From: Gammaproteobacteria bacterium
Lineage (GTDB): Bacteria; Pseudomonadota; Gammaproteobacteria; QQUJ01
Direction: 5' to 3'
Length of the DNA stretch: 64,000 bases
NCBI GenBank assembly: GCA_050287605.1
Contig: JBNKCG010000119.1
Span: 15,095-79,094 of the forward strand
The position numbers were made by a program, and so were the translations under genes. How positions within the stretch are numbered: position 1 is the first letter of the stretch; each line of letters opens with the position of its first letter. The notes under the pieces are model-generated. The model did not search any database. It was not told the DNA's origin and saw only the letters and a list, made by a program, of their open reading frames with translations. This document shows, piece by piece, positions 1 to 8,999 of the stretch.

Positions 1-521
1 CCGGGCATGATTACCTTGCCGCGCGCTGCCCGGGTATATCCGGTACTGCCCTGAGGGGTCGAAACCACGATACCGTCGGCGAAAATCAGCTGTGGCACTT
101 CGCGCGCGTCGATGCTCAAGCGGATTTTGAGTACCCGCTCGGTGCTGCGCTCGATCCAGATGTCGTTGAAGCCGTAGATCTTCTGAATGCCTTCGTCGGT
201 GACAATTTCGCCTTCCACCATCCACAGTCCATCGAAATAGTACGCGTCGGCTTCAACCACCGCCTCGGTGGATTCGTTCATCAGAAATCCTACTGTCCCG
301 CCGTGGATACCGACGAAGTGGTTGTTCTGATGCCGGTATTCGCGAATGGCGCGCAGCATGGTGCCGTCGCCGCCATATACGACCACTAGGTCTGCGATCT
401 CCGGCGTCTCCACCAGCTTGAACCGCTGTGCCAACCGTCGGTCCACGTCGCCGGAGCGCTGGACATACGGTGTGGGCGCCAGGAATACGGTCTCGATCCT
501 GTTCTTGTTGATCGATTTCAC
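1..521 (-). CDS. nadK: NAD(+) kinase, partial (3' end runs off window; absent from ORF track)
   Basis: Manual translation from GTG at 521: MKSINK...LVVVYGGDGTML...GIHGGTVGFLMN...FNDI...ADGIVVSTPQGSTGY; GGDGT, ND and DGxxxSTPxGSTGY are NAD kinase motifs. Start uncertain. Confidence 0.85.
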   Translation of the reverse strand, partial: MKSINKNRIETVFLAPTPYVQRSGDVDRRLAQRFKLVETPEIADLVVVYGGDGTMLRAIREYRHQNNHFVGIHGGTVGFLMNESTEAVVEADAYYFDGLWMVEGEIVTDEGIQKIYGFNDIWIERSTERVLKIRLSIDAREVPQLIFADGIVVSTPQGSTGYTRAARGKVIMP

Positions 522-631
522 GATGTTGGATGGCCCATGGGTCGAATACTCGACTATTCTCCGCAATATTTCGAATCTGTGACAAACTTATGACTCAGGG
601 ACCGCAGGTATACGGCCGATACGACCAGTAG

Positions 632-1093
632 ATGCCCGTCAGGAGTCGGATCATGAAGCATTCCCTCCCCGCTGCGCTTATCTTAACTGCCACATTGGCT
701 TGTGGGTCAATGGTCGCCTTCGCAGGCGAACCTCTTCCGCGGCATCCGGCTTGCACTGATCCCCAGTTCGACTACTCGCGCCTCGATGCCCAGACGTTGC
801 GCGAAATCGCCTATCGCTGCGACTCGCCGGCCGCCGTGCGGCTCTACCTTAACCGCGCCAACTACCGCGATCTTTGGGACAGTTGGGGATACCTGGTGGA
901 GATCGAGGGAACCGGTGAAGTCAGCCAACAGTTGATGGCTTACCGGGTGTTCGTCATTCTCATCGAGGACTTCGCCCGCCAGATGCCGCATACGTCGCCG
1001 AGCTGGATGGTAACCCTTAACCAGGGTTACGAAAACGGTCCTGGTTTTAGCGATTCCGCTTTACGCGGTTATTCATCCCAGAGTGCACACTGA
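632..1093 (+). CDS. Hypothetical exported protein
   Basis: 153 aa ORF; signal-peptide-like N-terminus (MKHSLPAALILTATLACGSMVAFA, probable start at the second Met); no recognised family. Confidence 0.55.
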   Translation: MPVRSRIMKHSLPAALILTATLACGSMVAFAGEPLPRHPACTDPQFDYSRLDAQTLREIAYRCDSPAAVRLYLNRANYRDLWDSWGYLVEIEGTGEVSQQLMAYRVFVILIEDFARQMPHTSPSWMVTLNQGYENGPGFSDSALRGYSSQSAH

Positions 1094-1133
1094 GTAGTTC
1101 GACCCACGCACGGCCATACAGACCTTGTCTCGG

Positions 1134-4100
1134 TCAGGCGACCCTGTTGCGTAGCAAGTGCGCCTCCAACTCATCGGCAGGTAACGGCGGACCGAAATAG
1201 AATCCTTGATAGAGCGTGCAGCGCTCGCGATGCAGAAACTCGAGCTGTGCGGGGGCTTCGACCCCCTCGGCCAATACCTCCAGCCCTAGATTTCTTCCCA
1301 GAGCAATGATGGTGGCGGCAATTTTGCCATCCATCTCCGATTTTGGCAGGTCGCGAATGAATTCACGATCGATCTTGAGCCGGTCGAGCGGAAACTGTTT
1401 CAGGTAGGCAAGTGAAGAGTAACCGGTACCGAAATCGTCGACGGCGATCGAAACACCGACCTCCTTGAGAGCGAAGAGAATGCTCTGCGCATGCTCGCGC
1501 TGTTCCATAAGGGCGGTCTCGGTGATCTCCAATTCGAGCTGATTGGGTTCGATTCCGGATACCTGCAGCGCTTGTCGTACCTGCGCAGCCAAATCGGGCT
1601 GCGCAAACTGTCGCGGCGACAAATTGATCGCCATGTGGATGTCGCGAATTCCACGCTGTTGCCAACGGCTGGCGGTAGCGCACGCCTCATTCAATACCCA
1701 AGTGCCTAACGGTTCGATCAGGCCGGTTTCCTCGGCCAAGGGGATGAATCTGTCGGGCGAGATCAGACCACGCTCGGGATGGGCCCACCGCACCAGTGCC
1801 TCGACGCCGACGACGTTGCCGCCTTCGACGGTGACTTGCGGCTGAAAATGCAGCACTAGCTCGTTGCGATACAACGCCTGACGTAAACCGTTCTCCATGG
1901 CGAGCTGCTCGTTGATCGCGACGGAAAGTTCACGGGTGTAGAAACGGTACCGATTGCCACCCTCCTCTTTGGCCTTGTACATCGCCGCATCGGCATTCTT
2001 GAGCAACGTCTGGCCGTCGCGTCCGTCGTTAGGATAGAGACAGATACCGACACTGCCGGACAGATAGAGCTCGTGCCCATCGACACGGAAGGGTTGATGC
2101 AGTACTTCCAGCAATTTTTTAGCGACCTTGGCCGAATCCTCCGCCTGACGCAGCTCTTCCAACACCACCACGAACTCGTCACCACCCAAGCGGGCCACCG
2201 TGTCTTCGGCGCGCACCAGACCCAAGAGCCGCCGCGCCACTTCGACGAGCAGTTGGTCGCCCAGCGGATGCCCCAAACTGTCGTTGACCACTTTGAACCG
2301 GTCGAGATCGAGGAACAGCACCCCGACCTGCTGCCCCTCTCGTGCAGCGTGGCGCAGGGACTGCGAAAGAGTGACGTTGAGCAGTAGCCGGTTGGGTAGC
2401 GCGGTCAGCGGATCGTGATGTGCCAGGTGGTCGATCTCGCGTTGCGACTGTTTGAGTTTGGTGATGTCGGCAAACACGGCAACATAGTTGCTCACCTGCC
2501 CCGTATTGTCATGCACGGCGTTGATGGTGAGCCACTCCGGATAGACTTCGCCGTTCTTGCGCCGATTCCAGATCTCTCCCTGCCACTGGCCGGTCTGCTC
2601 CAGTGAATGCCAAAGGGTGGAGTAAAAACGGTCGTCGTGGCGTCCCGATTTGAGTAGGCTGGGGTTGCGTCCCAGCACTTCCGCCTCCGTGTAGCCGGTA
2701 ATCGACGCAAAGGCGCGGTTCACCGACAAAATACCGCCACGCACATCGGTAACCACAACGCCTTCGGTGGTGCTGTCGAAGACCGTCGCCGCCTCACGTA
2801 GACGTTTTTCCATCGTCAATCGATCGCTGAGGTCGATGACGAACGCGATGGCGGCCGTCACTTTGCTGTGTTCATCGCGAACCGTCGTGACGCTGAAGTG
2901 GGCATGCAGCGGCGTGCCATCCTTGCAGCGCAGAACGGTCTCGTAGGAACGGCTGTCGGTGCCCTCGATCCGGGCGCTCTGCAAGTCGAAGAAGCGGCTG
3001 TTCCCGTCATCGGCAAATGTGGTCGGTACGCGTCCCATCATCTCTTCCGGCGCGTAGCCCAGCATGCGACACAACGTCGGATTGACGCTGATCGTACGGC
3101 GCTGGGCATCGATCATCCAAACGCCCTCCGGGGCGTTGTCGACAATGGTGCGAAACTGATGCTCTTGGTCGGCAAGCGCACTCTGCACCCGCTCCATTCG
3201 GATCAGCTGGCGCAGGATCACCGCTCTTCCACCGGCGACCAGAACGCCGAGTAGAGCGACCAGTACGGCAAGGATCGCGGCGCGGTCATTCCAGCGTGCG
3301 AATAGCGCCTGTTCCGAGCGGCCCACTCGAACACTGAGGGGTGTATTGAAGATGGCTTGATACGTAGACAGCCAGCGCTCTCCGTCCAGCGTCACCCATT
3401 GGGTCTCGGTCGATGAGCTGGCGGACGATGACGGGATACCGAGGGACTGCGCCCCAAGCTCGTTGCTGAACACCGGCGCGCCGTCGCGGCTCAGCACTTC
3501 AAAGCGTTCCGCCTCGGTCAGCCTCAACCGCTGGGCATAGATGCGAAACGACTTCGGCTCGACGACGGCGACCACCACGCCGGCAAACCGGCCGGATGCG
3601 TCCTGCCAGCGCCGGCTCATGGGTAGGAACCGCCGCCCAGAATCGCGCCCGGTGAGCGGCGCATCGAAGTAGAGCCCGGGATCGTTTGAACCGCTTTGCG
3701 CTTTAAAATAGGCGCGGTCGGACAGATCCATGGATGGTGGTATGTCGTAATCGGAGTCGTAGATCAGCTGGCCGTTGGCATCGAGAACGATCATCGAGCG
3801 CACGATCTTCAGGTCGTCGATCTGTGCCCGGAGCAGGTCACGGACCGCAGTCGCGTCCAGGTTCCGGGGGGTACCCGCCAACTGTTGCGCGATATAAGAG
3901 AGGGACATATCGACCGCGTGGAATCGGTTGCTCACCTGCTCGGCTGCCGCCACCCCCAATACAAGTAGGGTTTCACGGCCCTGTCGTTCCACTACGACGC
4001 GGTCGTGCCAGAGATAAGCCGAACTGAGCAGCAGCGCCGTAAACACCAATACCACGGCAGCAGCGTTTACGCCGCGTCGCAAAAAGCGGTAGTACAAAAC

Positions 4101-4217
4101 ACCCCTCCTACAGGAGCCAATCAGAGATCCGCCAACTTGTTCCGGCACGGTACCGATATCCCCTGGATCTGCCTGGGATCTGGGGATTTTCTGGTCAACC
4201 GGTACCTGGGGACCCAA
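1134..4217 (-). CDS. Membrane sensor diguanylate cyclase/phosphodiesterase (Cache-PAS-PAS-GGDEF-EAL)
   Basis: Two TM segments flanking a Cache-like region (DLSDRAYF), two PAS domains, RLGGDEF, EALVRW, DDFGTGYSSL; true start may be downstream of 4217. Confidence 0.92.
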   Translation of the reverse strand: MGPQVPVDQKIPRSQADPGDIGTVPEQVGGSLIGSCRRGVLYYRFLRRGVNAAAVVLVFTALLLSSAYLWHDRVVVERQGRETLLVLGVAAAEQVSNRFHAVDMSLSYIAQQLAGTPRNLDATAVRDLLRAQIDDLKIVRSMIVLDANGQLIYDSDYDIPPSMDLSDRAYFKAQSGSNDPGLYFDAPLTGRDSGRRFLPMSRRWQDASGRFAGVVVAVVEPKSFRIYAQRLRLTEAERFEVLSRDGAPVFSNELGAQSLGIPSSSASSSTETQWVTLDGERWLSTYQAIFNTPLSVRVGRSEQALFARWNDRAAILAVLVALLGVLVAGGRAVILRQLIRMERVQSALADQEHQFRTIVDNAPEGVWMIDAQRRTISVNPTLCRMLGYAPEEMMGRVPTTFADDGNSRFFDLQSARIEGTDSRSYETVLRCKDGTPLHAHFSVTTVRDEHSKVTAAIAFVIDLSDRLTMEKRLREAATVFDSTTEGVVVTDVRGGILSVNRAFASITGYTEAEVLGRNPSLLKSGRHDDRFYSTLWHSLEQTGQWQGEIWNRRKNGEVYPEWLTINAVHDNTGQVSNYVAVFADITKLKQSQREIDHLAHHDPLTALPNRLLLNVTLSQSLRHAAREGQQVGVLFLDLDRFKVVNDSLGHPLGDQLLVEVARRLLGLVRAEDTVARLGGDEFVVVLEELRQAEDSAKVAKKLLEVLHQPFRVDGHELYLSGSVGICLYPNDGRDGQTLLKNADAAMYKAKEEGGNRYRFYTRELSVAINEQLAMENGLRQALYRNELVLHFQPQVTVEGGNVVGVEALVRWAHPERGLISPDRFIPLAEETGLIEPLGTWVLNEACATASRWQQRGIRDIHMAINLSPRQFAQPDLAAQVRQALQVSGIEPNQLELEITETALMEQREHAQSILFALKEVGVSIAVDDFGTGYSSLAYLKQFPLDRLKIDREFIRDLPKSEMDGKIAATIIALGRNLGLEVLAEGVEAPAQLEFLHRERCTLYQGFYFGPPLPADELEAHLLRNRVA

Positions 4218-4346
4218 TTCACTGATATTGTGCCACGAATTTATTGATAAATGTCAGGATTATCGCGCCGAGAAAGGGCCTGCATTGGTCCCTGAACCGG
4301 TGCTCCGTCATACTGCTCATCCGACCATTACTCGCTGCACCGCGCC

Positions 4347-5477
4347 ATGCCCGCTAGCACCACTGCCTTCCAACTCGAACCCGGACTCATCTACCTCAAT
4401 CATGCCGCCGTGGCCCCCTGGCCGACCCGTGCCGCAGAAGCGGTGGCGCGCTTTGGGGAGGAGAACGCGCGCTGGGGTTCGTGGCACTACCGACGCTGGG
4501 AAACGGTCGAGCAGCGCCTGCGCGAGCGCCTCCAGAGGCTGATCAACGCCTCGGCGCCCGACGACATCGCACTGGTGAAGAACACCTCCGAAGCGCTCTC
4601 CTTCGTCGCCTACGGCCTGAATTGGAGGGCCGGTGACAACATCGTGAGCTGCGCCGAGGAGTTCCCATCCAACCGCTGGGTGTGGGAATCTCTGCGCAGC
4701 GTGGGGGTGGAGACCCGCTTTGCAGCCGTCACCGCCAGTGCGGACCCGGAAGCGGCCCTGTTCGAGCGCGTCGACGAACACACCCGACTGATCAGCGTCA
4801 GTGCCGTACAGTACGGCGCCGGCCTGCGCATGGATCTGGAACGCATCGGCGCGTTTTGCCGTGCCAGGGGTGTGCTGTTCTGCGTCGACGCCATCCAGCA
4901 CATCGGTGCCCTACCCTTCGACGTCCAGCGCATTCAGGCCGATTTCGTGGCCGCAGACGGGCACAAATGGATGTTGGGTCCCGAGGGAATCGGGTTGTTC
5001 TGGGTCAGACCGGCACTGCGCGAGCAGCTGCGTTTGACGGAAATCGGCTGGCACAGCGCCGAAGCCATCGCCGACTACACCCAGTCGGAGTGGGAACTGG
5101 CTCGCAGCGCCAAACGTTTCGAGTGCGGCAGCCCCAACATGCTGGGCATCCATGCACTGGAGGCGAGCTTGGCACTCATCGAAGACGAAGGCATCGAATC
5201 GATCGGTGATCGGGTGCTGCGCAACAGCGCGCTGATCGCCGAGTTCGTTTCACAGAGCGAGGGGTTTACGCTGTTGACCAACCCGACCCCCGAGCGGCTA
5301 TCCGGCATCGTCACCTTCGCCCACCGCGACCATTCGGCGACGAAGATCAACAGCCATCTCAAGGCCAATGGCGTGCTCGCCGCCGTGCGCGGCGGCGGCG
5401 TGCGCTTCTCGCCGCACTTCTACGTCTCGCCGGAGCAATTGGCCAGGGCTTGGGAGATCGTCCGCTCGATCCGGTGA
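4347..5477 (+). CDS. Class V PLP-dependent aminotransferase (cysteine desulfurase-like)
   Basis: IYLNHAAVAP, VDAIQ, DGHKWMLGPEG (PLP lysine), RFECGS, RFSPHFY. Confidence 0.88.
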   Translation: MPASTTAFQLEPGLIYLNHAAVAPWPTRAAEAVARFGEENARWGSWHYRRWETVEQRLRERLQRLINASAPDDIALVKNTSEALSFVAYGLNWRAGDNIVSCAEEFPSNRWVWESLRSVGVETRFAAVTASADPEAALFERVDEHTRLISVSAVQYGAGLRMDLERIGAFCRARGVLFCVDAIQHIGALPFDVQRIQADFVAADGHKWMLGPEGIGLFWVRPALREQLRLTEIGWHSAEAIADYTQSEWELARSAKRFECGSPNMLGIHALEASLALIEDEGIESIGDRVLRNSALIAEFVSQSEGFTLLTNPTPERLSGIVTFAHRDHSATKINSHLKANGVLAAVRGGGVRFSPHFYVSPEQLARAWEIVRSIR

Positions 5478-5541
5478 ATGCGATGCCCGGCCGTGCTGGC
5501 ACGACGCCGGCCGCCGCGCCGTCGCGCGAATTTCCGCGGCT

Positions 5542-6891
5542 TTACGCTTCGATGGGCACGAAAATCGCCCCGCCTCGCGCCGCGACCTGTCTTACCTGCA
5601 GGTTCCCGTTACGCTGGGTGGCTTCGGCTGCCCCGAGCGCGTCGGCGAACGGGAGATGGTTGCCGCGTAGCGGCAGTGGAAGGGAACAGTCGAGCGCTTG
5701 TTTTCCGCCGTTGATCACGATGACGGCGATATCGCAGCGCGTGCGACGCAGAAACGCGACGGCTTGCCGTTGATCGTCGCTCCATAGGCATCGCCAATCC
5801 CCCGCCTTCAACGCCTCCCGCGATCTGCGCAGTGCACTCAAGCAGCGCATGTGGCTCTGCAGTTCCGTATTCCAGAGCGAGGAATCCCAGATCATCGCGC
5901 GCCGGTTATCGGGATCCTCACCGCCCTCCATCCCCACCTCGTCGCCGTAATAGATGGCCGGTACGCCGGGTATGACAAACTGCAGCAGCGCAAGGAGCTT
6001 GATCGTGTCCACATCTCCACCCGTGGCGTTCCACAACCGCGGCGTATCGTGCGAACCCAGCAGGTTCAACATGCCCAACGTGGTCTGCCACGGAACGCGC
6101 TGCAGCTGCCGTTCGATGCTCCGCGCAAATTGCGATGCGGCGAGCCGGTGGTGCACCACGAATTCGAACAGCACTTCGCGCAGCGGATAGTTAGTGGCGC
6201 CGCTGAAGTCTCCGCGATCAAGCCAAGGTTGCGCATCCTCCCAAATCTCAGCCAACAGATAGGCATCCGGTCGCACCCGGCGCACTGCATCGCGCAGGGC
6301 ACGCCAGAAAGGACGATGGCGCACGTGGCGTACGGCATCGAGTCGCCAGCCGTCCACGCCCCACCGGGTCCAGTACGTCGCCACGTCGAGAAAGTATCGT
6401 TGCGTCTGCGGGTGGGCGAGACGCAGCTCCGGCAGATCGGCCACGTCCTGCCACGCGGCGTAGCGGTGTTTGCCGCCGATGAACAACGGAAATCCGTCGA
6501 CGTAGAACCAATCCCTGTAGACGGAGCCCTCGCTCTTTTGCACCACATCGGTAAACGGGAAGAAATCACGCCCGCAATGATTGAAGGTGCCATCCAGAAT
6601 CACGCGTATTCCCCGCCGGTGCGCTTCGCTCAACAGTCTTCTGAACGTCCCCAGATCGCCCGCCCGGGGATCAATGCTGTAGTAGTCGCGAGTGTTGTAG
6701 CGGTGATTGGAACGGGAGAGAAAAATCGGCGTCAGGCACACCACGTTGGCACCCAGCCAACGGATGTAGTCCAGCTTTTGGATGATGCCGGCGAGATCAC
6801 CGCCCATGAAGTGATCGCGCGTGGGCGGCGTTCCCCAGGGAACCAGGCCCGGATATGAGCGATGCGAAATCCCCCGGGCGAACCGATCCAC
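5542..6891 (-). CDS. GH13 neopullulanase/cyclomaltodextrinase-like alpha-glucanase; last gene of the 14-gene operon
   Basis: GGDLAGIIQKLDYI, SNHRY, DGTFNH, DGWRLDA (nucleophile), AEIW (acid/base), GSHD, YYGDEVG, DPDNRR. The conserved WxxxxIVYQIFVDRF motif extends upstream of the GTG at 6891 (see findings). Confidence 0.88.
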   Translation of the reverse strand: MDRFARGISHRSYPGLVPWGTPPTRDHFMGGDLAGIIQKLDYIRWLGANVVCLTPIFLSRSNHRYNTRDYYSIDPRAGDLGTFRRLLSEAHRRGIRVILDGTFNHCGRDFFPFTDVVQKSEGSVYRDWFYVDGFPLFIGGKHRYAAWQDVADLPELRLAHPQTQRYFLDVATYWTRWGVDGWRLDAVRHVRHRPFWRALRDAVRRVRPDAYLLAEIWEDAQPWLDRGDFSGATNYPLREVLFEFVVHHRLAASQFARSIERQLQRVPWQTTLGMLNLLGSHDTPRLWNATGGDVDTIKLLALLQFVIPGVPAIYYGDEVGMEGGEDPDNRRAMIWDSSLWNTELQSHMRCLSALRRSREALKAGDWRCLWSDDQRQAVAFLRRTRCDIAVIVINGGKQALDCSLPLPLRGNHLPFADALGAAEATQRNGNLQVRQVAARGGAIFVPIEA

Positions 6892-6977
6892 GAATATCTG
6901 ATAGACGATCGCCTCGCGATGCCACTCATCCGCAACCGTCGCAGCTTCGGGCGCCGGTACAACGCCCTGTCGCCCGC

Positions 6978-7547
6978 TTAGCAGCAGCAGTTACCGACGC
7001 TGGGCTGACAGCCGCACGCTGCGTGGTGGGTATGGCAGCAGTCGCAACAGTCATGAACGTGGCATTGGCCATGTGCCGCCTCTGCGCACGGATAGTCCGC
7101 ATAGGGAGCGTCCCAACCACCCGATGGGTAAGCCGCGGACGACAGGCCGCTCAGAAATCGCAGCCCTCCGGCCAAACCAGCGTTCAACACCTCGATGCCC
7201 TGCCGCAAAGTGGAGCCCAACCGGTCCCCCAGCGGGCCAGTCGTGACTCCCGCGCCCACGGGAATTCCCGGTAACGGTACCCCCGTGCCCGGTGTTACCG
7301 GCAGCGGCGCCATGGAAGGTGGAAGCCCCCAACGCACTGGACCGTAGTAAGGCCCGCCCTGCGGGACGTACGCGTAGGCGGCCGCGAACGGCGGCGGCAT
7401 CGCCGAACCCTGTCCCGGCGCGTCACCGCGTTCGGCCTGGGCGGCTTCGTATTTCGCCTTGTGGCGATCGAATTCCAGCTGGGCCTTGGTGGGGGATGCG
7501 CTTTTCTTGACCGTTGCGCCTTTCGGGCGACTCTTCTTAACTGCCAT
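6978..7547 (-). CDS. Hypothetical protein (189 aa): Lys-rich N-terminus, Pro/Gly/Tyr-rich middle, amphipathic helix, Cys/His-rich C-terminus ending CCC
   Basis: Start reassigned to ATG 7547 (MAVKKSRPK) after strong RBS AAGGAG; the longer ORF-track version overlaps the upstream gene. Confidence 0.8.
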   Translation of the reverse strand: MAVKKSRPKGATVKKSASPTKAQLEFDRHKAKYEAAQAERGDAPGQGSAMPPPFAAAYAYVPQGGPYYGPVRWGLPPSMAPLPVTPGTGVPLPGIPVGAGVTTGPLGDRLGSTLRQGIEVLNAGLAGGLRFLSGLSSAAYPSGGWDAPYADYPCAEAAHGQCHVHDCCDCCHTHHAACGCQPSVGNCCC

Positions 7548-7570
7548 GCGATTTCTCCTTGGCACAGTCC

Positions 7571-8257
7571 TCAGCAGCTGAACACTTCGCACCAGCGAAT
7601 ACGTGCCGTCATGTTGACCACGACCACTGCCAGGTTGGCACCGGGTTTGGTGGTGAGAATGCCTTCGCAGATCTGGTAGCCGCTGCCCTGCTCCACCCGT
7701 TTCCCCCAGACCAATGCAGTGCCCTCGCTGTCGGTGACCAGAACGCCGACCAAGGAGACGGCCGTCGCCGCCACGGGCACGTATTCGATGGAGAGATGCA
7801 CGCAGCACCCACCACCGATAAACGCTCTGCCCAATCCGAACCTGTTGGTCGCCCGGGAGCCGATGGCGATCGCTTCCACCCTGACGCTGCTCAGATTGAT
7901 CTCGGAGAACGCTTCGGCACTCTTCGCTTCGTCAGCGCTCGTCTTCGCTTCGACTCCGCTTTCCGCCGCAGTGGTGGCAACCACTTTGGCGACCGCATCC
8001 ATGACGCGGAAATCGGCAGCCAATTGCGGGTTCTCCTTCAAGTCGTTGGCGCTCAGCGTCGACTCGACCAACAGCTCCTTGGACTCTTTGCGGCACTCCC
8101 GCGTATGACAGCAACATTGCGACGCCGGGTGGCAGCAACTGTGGCAAAAACCGCCGTGTCCGTGGTGCGGATGCGGATGCGGATGGTGAGCATGTGCATC
8201 CCAGTGTCCATAGGGATGTCCGGTATATCGTGGTGTTACGCCGTGTCCTCGGTGCAT
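7571..8257 (-). CDS. Hypothetical His/Cys-rich protein with C-terminal 'ARIRWCE' beta-domain (paralog of 8287..8733)
   Basis: RBS GAGGAGGGAGG; N-terminal HAHHPHPHPHHGH and CHSCCH..CCCH; C-terminal domain aligns with neighbouring gene. Confidence 0.82.
   Translation of the reverse strand: MHRGHGVTPRYTGHPYGHWDAHAHHPHPHPHHGHGGFCHSCCHPASQCCCHTRECRKESKELLVESTLSANDLKENPQLAADFRVMDAVAKVVATTAAESGVEAKTSADEAKSAEAFSEINLSSVRVEAIAIGSRATNRFGLGRAFIGGGCCVHLSIEYVPVAATAVSLVGVLVTDSEGTALVWGKRVEQGSGYQICEGILTTKPGANLAVVVVNMTARIRWCEVFSC
8166..8185. repeat. Tandem hexamer (TGCGGA)x3 encoding His-Pro repeats
   Basis: tgcggatgcggatgcggatg read directly; encodes part of HPHPHPH on the minus strand. Confidence 0.7.
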
Positions 8258-8286
8258 ATCGCTAACCCTCCCTCCTCAATCGTCAA

Positions 8287-8733
8287 TCAGCGGCAAACGG
8301 TTTCGCACCAGCGCAACCGCGCGATGGCGTCGACCACCTCCAGCGTGACCTTGGCGCCGGGATCCAGCGCCAGGAACTCCTCGTCCATTTGGTATCCCTC
8401 CGGCAGCCCGCCGCTGGTCGTGGTGGTGGAGGTACCGTCCTTGACGACGGTTACCTTCACTTCGGGCGCCGCCGCTCCCGCCTCGACGTACGTCTCAAGC
8501 GTGAGCCGCACCCCGGAGAATCCACCGACGATCGTCTCGCCTGGTGCCGCGGGATCCGCCGTCAACTCCTGCGGCATCACTTGCGGGACGTGGCAGCCAG
8601 GGGCTGCGGGCATGGCCGGGTACGGCACCGGCACGTAATAGAGATAAACCCCGGCGCAACCCGGCGGTTGGCCCCAGTGGTGATCTCCGTAACCGTGACC
8701 CGGGGAACAACAGTGTGAGTGATAGTGAGACAT
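8287..8733 (-). CDS. Hypothetical His/Cys-rich protein with C-terminal 'ARLRWCE' beta-domain
   Basis: RBS AAAGGAG; N-terminal MSHYHSHCC; clear paralogy with 7571..8257. Confidence 0.82.
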   Translation of the reverse strand: MSHYHSHCCSPGHGYGDHHWGQPPGCAGVYLYYVPVPYPAMPAAPGCHVPQVMPQELTADPAAPGETIVGGFSGVRLTLETYVEAGAAAPEVKVTVVKDGTSTTTTSGGLPEGYQMDEEFLALDPGAKVTLEVVDAIARLRWCETVCR

Positions 8734-8745
8734 GATCGTTCTCCT

Positions 8746-8940
8746 TTACGACTCGTCGGCCTCCGTCTCTTCGGGTGCCGTCAGATCCCTGACCGCTTTC
8801 AATACGTCGCCCGCCACTTCGAAACCGACCTTGACCACCGTAGTGGCCGCATCCGACAGTTTGTCCGTCACCTGACTGTCGATTAAGCCGGCGGATACGT
8901 CGTGTACGATTCGGTTGACCGAGCCCAATATGGAAGCCAT
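8746..8940 (-). CDS. Small (64 aa) amphipathic helical protein MASILGSVNRIVHDV...RDLTAPEETEADES
   Basis: ATG at 8940 after RBS GAAGGAG; the ORF track's 8746..9237 extension overlaps the reductase gene and is spurious upstream of this ATG. Confidence 0.8.
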   Translation of the reverse strand: MASILGSVNRIVHDVSAGLIDSQVTDKLSDAATTVVKVGFEVAGDVLKAVRDLTAPEETEADES

Positions 8941-8999
8941 AGCCGTCTCCTTCGATATAGCCCAACAGCGCCGATCGCCGACGCCCGATTGTTTGCCGC

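Noticed and set aside
253-585. ORF-track 110-aa minus ORF
   Set aside because: Wrong frame; the NAD kinase frame occupies this region
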